64,000 nt of DNA, taken from positions 1,178,001 through 1,242,000 of the forward strand of contig JAPDFW010000063.1 in assembly GCA_028826165.1 (NCBI GenBank). The letters run 5' to 3'. This DNA comes from Anaeramoeba ignava BMAN (taxonomy: Eukaryota > Protista > Anaeramoebae). Below, in pieces: positions 50,812 through 60,639 of the stretch. Under the pieces are notes generated by a model. It saw only the letters and a program-made list of their open reading frames with translations, had not been told where the DNA came from and did no database searches. A program made the position numbers and the translations under genes. Each line of letters starts with the position of its first letter. Positions within the stretch are counted from its first letter, which is position 1.

Positions 50812-52849
50812 ATGTTTCAAGCAGTTAGAGAAAAAAATATTGAAAAAATTCAAGAATTAATTGCTTCAGGAAATAAAATTAATCAATTTGACGTAATTTT
50901 TTAAAATTTTTTATTTAAAAATTTTTTAAAAGAAATTAAATTAAATTTTTTTTTTTGGAAATTAAAGGGAGTAAATAAAATAAAAGAAATTGAAAAAGAA
51001 AAACCAGAAAATAAACATAAATTCTTTTAAATTTAATTTTAAACAAATATTTTTAAATTAGTTCGTAAATTAAAAATTAAATCAAAAAATTAAAAATTAA
51101 ATCAAAAAATTAAATAATAAATCAAAAATCAAAAAATTAAAAATTGAAATTTAAAAATTAACAAAAGAAAAATACACCTTTACATTATGCTTGTGCATCA
51201 AAAGATGTAGAGATTGTTCGAGTTTTATTAAAAAATGGAGCAAATCCTAATCTTAAAAATGTAAAACAAAAAGAAAAAAAAAAGAAGAAGAAGAAATTAG
51301 AAATTAAAAATTAAATTTTTTTTAGAAAGTAAATTTTAATTTTAAAAAGAATATATGAATTAAATTCTTATTTTTTTTATATTAGTATGTAAATTGTTTT
51401 TCTGAAATTTTCAACTTAAAAAATGTTTTATTAAAAATAAAATTTTTATAATTGGATTTAAAAGGGAAATACTTGTTTGTATGTAGCTTGCAAAAATTCA
51501 CCTAAATATGAAATTATTGATTTATTATTAGAATATGGAGCAAATCCTAACTATTTAAATGTATAAAATATTCTTTAATTTTTTTGTTTGATATTTTTTT
51601 TTAATTTAAAAAATAATTTAGAAAGTTAATTTTTTATATTTCAAAATATAAATATAAATACAAATTTAATTTTATTAATTATTAATAATTAATAGGATGT
51701 TTGTAATAAAAAAATGAAAGAAGAAAGAAAATATAAAAATATTTATTTTAGTTTGAATTTTAATTTGATTTTGATTGGATAAATAGAGTCAATCACCTTT
51801 ATGGAATATTTGTCGAGAAAATGCAGATCCTGATCTTGTTGATTTATTATTGACGGCAGGAGCTGATATTAATGCAAAAGATGTTGATATTTAATTTTAA
51901 TTTTAATTTTAATTTTAATTTTAATTTCTAAAATGAATTTTATATTTAATTTTAATTTTGATTTTAATTTCATTTTGAAAAGTTTGTAAAATTAAAATTC
52001 TTTTTCAATTATTTATAAAAATATTTTTTAATTTAATTTCATTTCATTTCATTTAAAAGTATGTAAATAATAAAGAAAAGAAAAAAGAAAAATATAAATA
52101 AAATAATCCAAAAAAAAACACAGGGAAAAACACCACTTTCTTTTGTAAAAGATGAAGAATACAAAGAAGTGTTCAAATGTTATTATTCATTTTCAAATGA
52201 TTTTCTTGAATTACTAAAAAGAAAAGAAGAAACAGATTTCACAATTTTCGCAGAAAAAGAACAAATCCCAGTTCATAAATTAGTATTACAGGTCAGAATA
52301 GGAAGTGATTTAGAAAAAATCAACAACGTATTATTGCAAGAGACAAATGAAAACATACACAAATTTCTTAAATGGATTTACGGAGGAATTATGGAAAGTT
52401 CAGATCGAGAAATAATCCGCAGAATTGCTGAAAAAATGGGGATGGATACTCTCAATCAGCGGCAAGGAATTGGCGGATTAATGAAAGATCTGAAGAAATT
52501 ATATGAAGACGATTCAAGTAAAGATTTCGAAATTTTTGTTGGTGATGATCCGATTAAAATTCATAAAATTATTTTAATGGCAAGAAGTGATTTATATCGT
52601 CAAATGTTCTTAAATGTTAATGATTCTTCCAATTCTGTACATGATTATACTGGCAAAAGTTTGAACACTTTAAAAACCCTTGTTAAGTTTTTATATACAG
52701 ACCAAATTGACCAAGATATTGATGACCAAGTTATTGAAGAGCTTGATGATGCTTTGATTTTTTATCAATTAAATGAACAATCAACTATAACATGGAAACT
52801 TGATTTACTTGCTAAAAAGAAAGGATTCAAAGATTCAAATCAAAATTAA
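50812..52849 (+). CDS. Ankyrin-repeat - BTB - BTB protein (~371 aa), 13 exons including eight 3-nt microexons: 50812-50892, 50968-50970, 51062-51064, 51168-51260, 51326-51328, 51386-51388, 51465-51560, 51622-51624, 51696-51698, 51787-51882, 51983-51985, 52060-52062, 52124-52849
   Basis: Spliced product MFQAVREKNIEKIQELIASGNKINQFD-G-F-KNTPLHYACASKDVEIVRVLLKNGANPNLKN-K-Y-GNTCLYVACKNSPKYEIIDLLLEYGANPNYLN-K-D-SQSPLWNICRENADPDLVDLLLTAGADINAKD-F-Y-GKTPLSFVKDEEYKEVFKC..BTB-BTB. All 12 introns are GT-AG, phase 0, 57-103 nt. Splicing is predicted, not observed. Confidence 0.85.
50968..52062 (+). other. Eight single-codon microexons (GGA, TTC, AAA, TAT, AAA, GAT, TTT, TAT), two between each pair of ankyrin exons
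   Basis: AG|GGA|GT, AG|TTC|GT, AG|AAA|GT, AG|TAT|GT, AG|AAA|GT, AG|GAT|GT, AG|TTT|GT and AG|TAT|GT in otherwise G-poor sequence; they restore the ankyrin D/N-x-x-G-x-TPL spacing exactly. Confidence 0.85.
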
Positions 52850-52919
52850 AATTAAAATCAAAATTAAAATTCAAAAATATTTTTTTCATTTTCATTTTTT
52901 CATTTTTTTCTTTTTAAAA

Positions 52920-54689
52920 ATGAATGAAATTATATTTTTTGGTTGGAATAAATATCCAATTCTTATCAAAAATGAACCAGAAAAAATAATAAAACCAATT
53001 CAATTTAAATTTGAAAATGAAAATGAAAATGAAAATGAAAATGAAAATGAAAAACAAATTAAACAAATTTCATCAGGATATTTATCAACAATTTTCCTTT
53101 TTAAAAATGGAAAAGCAATAGAATATTTAAATGAAAATCCTTCAAAACAAAAAACTGAAAAAATCCAAATTGAAGAAAATATTCAAAAAGTAACTGTTGG
53201 TTATCTAAATGAAGCTATTTTAACAAAAGAAGGAAATGTATTTGCCAAAGAATATGTTGTTAATCCAAAAAATCGAAATCAATTTATCAATATTTCATCA
53301 TTAATTGAAGATACAAATGATAGAATAATTCAAGATATTGTTTGTTCTGCTTATTCAATTTACTTATTAACTTCAAATCAAAATGCTTATGGAATTGGTG
53401 ATAATCAATATGGCCAATTTGGTTTTGATTCTAAAACACTCCCAAAAACAAAAAAACCAATTTTAATGATGAAAAATGTTTCTAAAATATTTTCAGGAAA
53501 TACTTCAGAATATGTTTTTCTTTTAAATTCAAATCAAGAATTATTTGGTTGCGGATATAATGAATATGGCCAAATTGGATTAGGAGAATCAAGAAAAGAA
53601 GAAACAAAAATCCAAGAATTAACCAAAATCCAAAATATTCCAAAAGGTAAAATAATTGATATTCAATCTGGATTTAGTTTTTCAATAATGTTGATTGAAG
53701 ATGAAAACCCAAAAAGAAAACTTTATTCAACTGGATATTATCAAGTTAATGGACTTGGCAAAAATGAAAATACTTATGAATTTACTGAAATCAAATCATC
53801 TTTATTTGAAAATGATAATATTCGTGAATTTTCTTGTGGAAATGCACATACTTTGATTTTAACTTCTAATTCAAAATTAATAGTATTTGGAGATAATTTT
53901 TTTTGTGAATTAGGAACTGGAGATACAAAAGATCAATTTATTCCAATTCAAATTGAAATTCCTAAATTAAGATTTAATGAAGATATTTCTAATTATCATG
54001 TTTCTTGTGGATATCAAAAATCATTTCTTTATTATTCTCCTTTTCTTTCTCCTTTTTCCAATCTTGAAGAAGATTTGATAAAACTATTTAGAAGAAAAGA
54101 ATTTTGTAATATTTCATTTAAAACCAAAAATGGAGAAATAATCTCAGCTCATAAATTAATATTGAAATATAGATTAAATCAAAATGAAAATCAAATTGAA
54201 AAACTTCAAGAAATTATTTCAAAAAAATCAATTAAAGAATCAAATCAAATATTTGAAATGATTTATTCAAACAGAATAATAAATCCAATATTATATTCTG
54301 AAATTAAAGAAATTATAAATTTAAATGAAAAAATTGAAGAAACAATGAAAAGAATTTATTTAAATGAAAATGAAAAAGATTTTATAATTGAAAGAAAAGA
54401 AAAACAATATAAATTTCCTAAATTAATATTAATAATGAGAAGTGAATTATATCGAGGAATGTTTTTATCTGTTACAGAAGATAAATCTAATAAAGTTACA
54501 GATTATAGTGAATTAAGTAATAAATCATTTCAAATATTTGAATATTGGATTTATTCAAATCAAATTAAAGAAGGAATTGAAATTACAAAAGAAATTATTG
54601 AAGAAATTCAAATTGGAATTGATTATTTTCAATTAAATCAAACAAATCCAAATTTATTTGATTTATTAATTAGGAAATTTAATAATTAA
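52920..54689 (+). CDS. RCC1-BTB-BTB protein, copy E (intact; true ATG at 52920)
   Basis: MNEIIFFGWNKYP.. aligns with the paralogue starts; the upstream ORF extension is intergenic repeat. Confidence 0.88.
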   Translation: MNEIIFFGWNKYPILIKNEPEKIIKPIQFKFENENENENENENEKQIKQISSGYLSTIFLFKNGKAIEYLNENPSKQKTEKIQIEENIQKVTVGYLNEAILTKEGNVFAKEYVVNPKNRNQFINISSLIEDTNDRIIQDIVCSAYSIYLLTSNQNAYGIGDNQYGQFGFDSKTLPKTKKPILMMKNVSKIFSGNTSEYVFLLNSNQELFGCGYNEYGQIGLGESRKEETKIQELTKIQNIPKGKIIDIQSGFSFSIMLIEDENPKRKLYSTGYYQVNGLGKNENTYEFTEIKSSLFENDNIREFSCGNAHTLILTSNSKLIVFGDNFFCELGTGDTKDQFIPIQIEIPKLRFNEDISNYHVSCGYQKSFLYYSPFLSPFSNLEEDLIKLFRRKEFCNISFKTKNGEIISAHKLILKYRLNQNENQIEKLQEIISKKSIKESNQIFEMIYSNRIINPILYSEIKEIINLNEKIEETMKRIYLNENEKDFIIERKEKQYKFPKLILIMRSELYRGMFLSVTEDKSNKVTDYSELSNKSFQIFEYWIYSNQIKEGIEITKEIIEEIQIGIDYFQLNQTNPNLFDLLIRKFNN

Positions 54690-54870
54690 AATCAAAATCA
54701 AAATCAAAATTAAAATTAAAAATAAAATTAAAAAAATCAAAATTAAAAATCAAAATCAAAATTAAAATTAAAATCAAAATCAAAATCAAAATTAAAATTA
54801 AAATTAAAATTAAAATTAAAATCAAAATTAAAAATCCAAAAATATTTTTTTCATTTTTTTCTTTTTCAAA

Positions 54871-56640
54871 ATGAATGATTGTTTATTTTTTGGAAGAAAT
54901 CAATATCCAAAACTTTTTGAAAATAAACCAAATGAAATCAAAAAACCAATTCAATTTAAATTTGAAAATGAAAATGAAAATAAAAAACAAATTAAACAAA
55001 TTTCATCAGGTTATTTTGCAACAATTTTCCTTTTTAAAAATGGAAAAGCAATAGAATATTTAGATGATTCAAAACAAAATCCTGAAGAAATCCAAATTGA
55101 AGAAAATATTCAAAAAGTAACTGTTGGTGATCGAAACGAAGCTATTTTAACAAAAGAAGGAAATGTATTTGCCAAAGGAAAAGATATTAATCCAAAAAAT
55201 CCAAATCAATTTATCAATATTTCATCATTAATTGAAGATAAAAATGATAGAATAATTGAAGATGTTATTTGTTCGGCTTTTTCAATTTACTTATTAACTT
55301 CAAATCAAAATGCTTATGGAATTGGTTCAAATAATTATGGCCAACTTGGTTTAGATTCTGAAACACTCCCAAAAACAGAAAAACCAATTTTAATGATGAA
55401 GAATGTTTCTAAAATATTTTCAGGAAATACATCACATCATATTTTTCTTTTAAATTCAAATCAAGAATTATTTGTATGTGGTTTTAATTACCATTCTAGA
55501 TTTGGATTAGGAGAATCAAGAAAAGAAGAAACAAAAATCCAAAAATTAACCAAAATCCAAAATATCCCAAAAGGTAAAATAATTGATATTCAATCTGGAT
55601 TTAGTTTTTCAATAATGTTGATTGAAGATGAAAACCCAAAAAGAAAACTTTATTCATGTGGGCGTTCTTATTATACAGGATTTGGCAAAACTGAAGATAC
55701 TTATGAATTTACTGAAATCAAATCATCTTTATTTGAAAATGATTATATTCTTGAATTTTCTTGTGGAAATGCACATACTTTGATTTTAACTTCCAATTCA
55801 AAATTAATTGGATTTGGATATAATAGATATGGTCAATTAGGAACTGGAGATACAAAAGATCAACTAATTCCAATTCAAATTGAACTTCCTAAATTAAGAT
55901 TTAATGAAGATATTTCCAATTATCATCTTTCTTGCAAAAATGAAAGATCGTTTCTTTATTATTCTTCTCCTTCTTTTTCCAATCTTGAAGAAGATTTGAT
56001 AAAATTATTTAGAAGAAAAGAATTTTGTAATATTTCATTTAAAACCAAAAATGGAGAAATAATTGAAGCTCATAAATTAATATTGAAATATAGATTAAAT
56101 CAAAATCAAAATCAAAATGAAATTGAAAAACTTAAAGAAATTATTTCAAAAAAATCAATTAAAGAATCAAATCAAATATTTGAAATGATTTATTCAAACA
56201 ATTCCATAATAAATCCAAAATTATATTCTGAAATTAAAGAAATTATAAATTCCAATAAAAAAATTGAAGAAACAATGAAAAGAATTTATTTAAATGAAAA
56301 TGAAAATGAAGATGAAAAAGATTTTATAATTGAAAGAAAAGAAAAACAATATAAATTTCCTAAATTAATATTAATAATGAGAAGTGAATTATATCGAGGA
56401 ATGTTTTTATCTGTAACAAATGATACTTCTAATAAAGTTACAGATTATAGTGAATTAAGTAATAAATCATTTCAAATATTTGAATATTGGATTTATTCAA
56501 ATCAAATTAAAGATGAAATTCAAATTACAAAAGAAATTATTGAAGAAATTCAAATTGGAATTGATTATTTTCAATTAAATCAAACAAATCCAAATTTATT
56601 TGATTTATTAATTAACAAATTTAATAATCAAAATCAATAA
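54871..56640 (+). CDS. RCC1-BTB-BTB protein, copy F (intact, 589 aa)
   Basis: Uninterrupted ORF collinear with the paralogues. Confidence 0.88.
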   Translation: MNDCLFFGRNQYPKLFENKPNEIKKPIQFKFENENENKKQIKQISSGYFATIFLFKNGKAIEYLDDSKQNPEEIQIEENIQKVTVGDRNEAILTKEGNVFAKGKDINPKNPNQFINISSLIEDKNDRIIEDVICSAFSIYLLTSNQNAYGIGSNNYGQLGLDSETLPKTEKPILMMKNVSKIFSGNTSHHIFLLNSNQELFVCGFNYHSRFGLGESRKEETKIQKLTKIQNIPKGKIIDIQSGFSFSIMLIEDENPKRKLYSCGRSYYTGFGKTEDTYEFTEIKSSLFENDYILEFSCGNAHTLILTSNSKLIGFGYNRYGQLGTGDTKDQLIPIQIELPKLRFNEDISNYHLSCKNERSFLYYSSPSFSNLEEDLIKLFRRKEFCNISFKTKNGEIIEAHKLILKYRLNQNQNQNEIEKLKEIISKKSIKESNQIFEMIYSNNSIINPKLYSEIKEIINSNKKIEETMKRIYLNENENEDEKDFIIERKEKQYKFPKLILIMRSELYRGMFLSVTNDTSNKVTDYSELSNKSFQIFEYWIYSNQIKDEIQITKEIIEEIQIGIDYFQLNQTNPNLFDLLINKFNNQNQ

Positions 56641-57630
56641 AGAATGAGAACAGATTTAATTTAATATTTAATTTATAAATTAATTTAAAAATATAATTTA
56701 ATATTTAATTTTATGTTTAAAATAATAATTTATTGTTTTAGATTTAAATATTTTATTATTTAAATATTTAGAATATAAATATAAAAAATAAAAATAGATT
56801 TAATTTAATATTTAATTTATAAATTAATTTAAAAATATAATTTAGTATTTAATTTTATGTTTAAAATAATAATTTATTATTTTTTAGATTTAAATATTTT
56901 ATTATTTAAATATTTAACATAAAAATATAAAAATAAGAATAGATTTAATTTAATATTTAATTTACAAATTAATTTAAAAATATAATTTAATATTTAATTT
57001 TATTATTAAAATAATAATTTAATGTTTTAGATTTAAATATTTTATTATTTAAAAATTTAACATATAAATATAAAAATGAGAATAGATTTAATTTAATATT
57101 TAATTTATAAATTAATCCAAAAATATAATTTAATATTTAATTTTATTATTAAAATAATAATTTAATGTTTTTAGATTTAAATATTTTATTATTTAAAAAT
57201 ATTTAACATATAAATATAAAAATAGGAATAGATTTAATTTAATATTTAATTTATAAATTAATTTAAAAATATAATTTAATATTTAATTTATTATTAAAAT
57301 AATAATTTATTGTTTTAGATTTAAATATTTTATTATTTAAATATTTGACATATAAATATAAAAATGAAAATAGATTTAATTTAATATTTAATTTATAAAT
57401 TAATTTAAAAATATAATTTAATATTTAATTTTATTATTAAAATAATAATTTAATGTTTTAGATTTAAATATTTTATTATTTAAAAATTTAACATATAAAT
57501 ATAAAAATGAGAATAGATTTAATTTAATATTTAATTTATAAATTAATCCAAAAATATAATTTAATATTTAATTTTATTATTAAAATAATAATTTAATGTT
57601 TTAGATTTAAATATTTTATTATTTAAAAAT
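56641..57630. repeat. ~143-bp AT-rich tandem array, 7 units
   Basis: Anchor AGATTTAATTTAATATTTAATTT at ~56652, 56795, 56941, 57084, 57230, 57372 and 57515. Confidence 0.85.
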
Positions 57631-58056
57631 ATTTTGAAAATTGATTTTTTTTGAAATTAAAATTTTATCTTTTTTTTTGAATTAAATTGAATTAATATTA
57701 ATTTGGAAATTTGTTTTAAAATTTAAATTTATTAATAATTTTTAAATTCCAAAAAAAAAATTAAATAAAAATTAAATTAAAATAATTTTCCTTTTTTTTT
57801 AATAAAAAAATAAATAAAAAATAATAATAATTTATTAATAAATTAATTTAAAATAATAAATTAAAAAGAAAATTAAATTAATTATTAATTTAAATTTATT
57901 CTCATTTTTTATATTTTTATTTATTTTCAAAATCCACTTTTTTTATTTAATTTTTTTTAAATTTTTTTTTTCATTTTTTTCCTTTTTTTTTAATAAACAA
58001 AAAACAAAAACAAAAACAAAAAACAAAAAACACAAAATCAAAAAACAAAAAACAAA

Positions 58057-59826
58057 ATGGATAATAATAACAATAATAATAACCAAATTCAAAATGCAAA
58101 TCAAAATGAAAATCAAAATGAAAATGAAAATGAAATGAAAAATTTAGAAAAAAAAGTAACAAAAAATTTAATTAAAAATTATTCAAACCTTTTAAATGGA
58201 AATTCATTTAAAGATTTTTCAATTTTTGTTGAGAATAAATCAAATCCTTTTGAAATTAAAGTTCATAAATCAATTTTATCTTCAAGATCTCCTTTTTTTA
58301 ATGAATCATTAAGGCAAGAATCTCTTTCTATTTCTTTAAATCAATTTAATAAAAAAGAAATGGAATCAATTTTGAAATATATTTATTATGGAAATATTTC
58401 TTTTGAGAATCAAGAAAATCTTATTCAATTATTGGAAATTTCAATTTATTTTAAATTAAATTTATTGAAAGAAATTATTCAAAAAAAAATTTTAAATTCA
58501 ATTAATTATTCAAATTTTTTCCAATTTTTATTCCAAAATCGAAATTTAAATTCAAATGAAATTGAAATAAAATGTTTTGAATTAATAAATCAAAATTTTT
58601 CCCAAATTCAGAATAATGAGAATTTATTCAATTTAACTAAAGAAGAAATTATCAAATTTATTCAATTTAAACAACAAAAAAAAGAAATTTTTCAATTTGA
58701 TTTTTTTCAATTTTTAAATAATTGGATTGAAAAAAGAAATAAAAGATTAAAAGGAAAGAAAGAAAAAGAAAAAGAAAAAGAAAAGGGAATTGAAAAGAAA
58801 AGATTATTTCATTCTTTTTTTTCATTATTTGATAAAGATTCAATTTCAAAACAAGATTTTGATAAATTAAAACAATTTGATTTTTTTCCCAAACCTTTTT
58901 TAGTTGATATTCAAAACAAAGTTATTCAAGACAATCAAAAAGAAATTGAAAACAAAGAGAAAGAGAATCAAGAAATTGAAGAGAAATGGAAGAAAGAAGT
59001 TGAGGATAAAAACAAAGAAATTGAAGAGAAATGGAAGAAAGAAGTTGAGGATAAAAACAAAGAAATTGAAGAGAAATGGAAGAAAGAAGTTGAAGATAAA
59101 AACAAAGAAATTGAAGAGAAATGGAAGAAAGAAGTTGAGGATAAAAACAAAGAAATTGAAGAGAAATGGAAGAAAGAAATTGAGGATATGAAACCTATTT
59201 TTGATAAATATCGAGATCAATATCAAAAAGATTTGGAATATGAAAAGAAAATGAAGGAATTCGGAAAAGTATTTGCAGATTCAGAAATTATTCAAGATAT
59301 TGAATATGTTAAGAAATTACAAGAATGGATAAATGATAATGTTTTTTTTTCTAAAATGAAAAAAGGATTTTCAGCAAAAAGAGATGGATTTTCTTGTCAA
59401 AATTGGCATAAAGCAGTTGATGGGAAAGGAAAAACATTAGTTATTATCAAAACAAAACAAAATTTTATTTTTGGAGGTTTTACTCAAGTTGGATTTAAAT
59501 ATTCAAATGGAGAATGGATTAATGATTCAAATGCATTTATTTTTTCATTAAGAAATGATAAAGGAGATAGAATACCTGCAAAGTTTACAATTAAACAAGG
59601 TAAAGAAGATTATGCAATTCTTTCTCACTTTAACGATTATGGTCCATATTTTGGTGATGGATGTGATTTTGAATTAGTTACTAATTTACAACCTGGTTAT
59701 TCAAATTTTGGTAATAGTTATAATCTACCTAATGGAATTACTTTTGGAACAAATGAAGCTAAAAGTTATTTAGCTGGTTCTTATGATAAATGGGTTGTCG
59801 ATGAAGTTGAATCTTATTTCATTTAA
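58057..59826 (+). CDS. BTB - coiled-coil - TLDc protein, copy 2
   Basis: Paralogue of 1-1779 with the same BTB and TLDc motifs; 45-bp internal repeat (EIEEKWKKEVEDKNK) at 58972-59187. Confidence 0.88.
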   Translation: MDNNNNNNNQIQNANQNENQNENENEMKNLEKKVTKNLIKNYSNLLNGNSFKDFSIFVENKSNPFEIKVHKSILSSRSPFFNESLRQESLSISLNQFNKKEMESILKYIYYGNISFENQENLIQLLEISIYFKLNLLKEIIQKKILNSINYSNFFQFLFQNRNLNSNEIEIKCFELINQNFSQIQNNENLFNLTKEEIIKFIQFKQQKKEIFQFDFFQFLNNWIEKRNKRLKGKKEKEKEKEKGIEKKRLFHSFFSLFDKDSISKQDFDKLKQFDFFPKPFLVDIQNKVIQDNQKEIENKEKENQEIEEKWKKEVEDKNKEIEEKWKKEVEDKNKEIEEKWKKEVEDKNKEIEEKWKKEVEDKNKEIEEKWKKEIEDMKPIFDKYRDQYQKDLEYEKKMKEFGKVFADSEIIQDIEYVKKLQEWINDNVFFSKMKKGFSAKRDGFSCQNWHKAVDGKGKTLVIIKTKQNFIFGGFTQVGFKYSNGEWINDSNAFIFSLRNDKGDRIPAKFTIKQGKEDYAILSHFNDYGPYFGDGCDFELVTNLQPGYSNFGNSYNLPNGITFGTNEAKSYLAGSYDKWVVDEVESYFI

Positions 59827-60639
59827 AAATTAATTAATAATAAGAAAATCAAACTTTTTTTTTTTTAATTTTTTTTTTCAAAATTTAATTCAATTTTAAT
59901 TTACTTTTAATCAAATTAATTTCTTTAAAATAATAAATAAGAAACAAATTTAATTTTAAATAATTTAATTTTAATTTAAAATATTTATTAAAAATTTAAT
60001 TAATAAAAAATAATCCAAAAAAAAAAAAATAATAAATTTTAAAAAATTGAATATTTTTAATATAATAAATAAAAATAAAAATTGAAAATAGAAATTAATA
60101 ATAATTAAATTTAAATTCATTAATTAAAATATTAAAATAAAAAAATCAAATAAAATTTATTATTAATTAATAATTTAAATATTAATAAATTATAATCAAA
60201 ATCAAAAATAGAATAATTAGTAAATTATTTTTTTAGAAAGTTTATCTTATTCAATCATGTTAAATTCAATTTATTTAAAATTTTTAATTTTTAATTTTAT
60301 TTTTAATATATTTTATTATAATTAAAATTGGAATAATAAATAAATCAAAAATATTAATATAATAAATAAAAATATTATTTCAAATTAAAATAAAATAAAT
60401 TTAAATTAAATTATTATTAAATATTATTAAAATTAAATATTTATTTTTATTAAAATATTTATTCCACTTTTTAATATATTTTATTATAATTAAAATTGGA
60501 ATAATAAATAATTAAAAATATTAATATAATAAATAAAAATATTATATAAAATTAAAATAAAATAAATTTAAATTAAATTATTATTAAATATTATTAAAAT
60601 TAAATATTTATCTTTATTAAAATATTTCAATTTTCTTCT

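Noticed and set aside
52800-52919. 40-aa N-terminal extension of RCC1-BTB copy E in the ORF track
   Set aside because: It overlaps the stop of the ankyrin-BTB gene and intergenic repeat; the paralogues all start at the MNE/MND ATG (52920).
56641-57630. CRISPR-like array
   Set aside because: Units are head-to-tail repeats without unique spacers; eukaryotic context and no cas genes.
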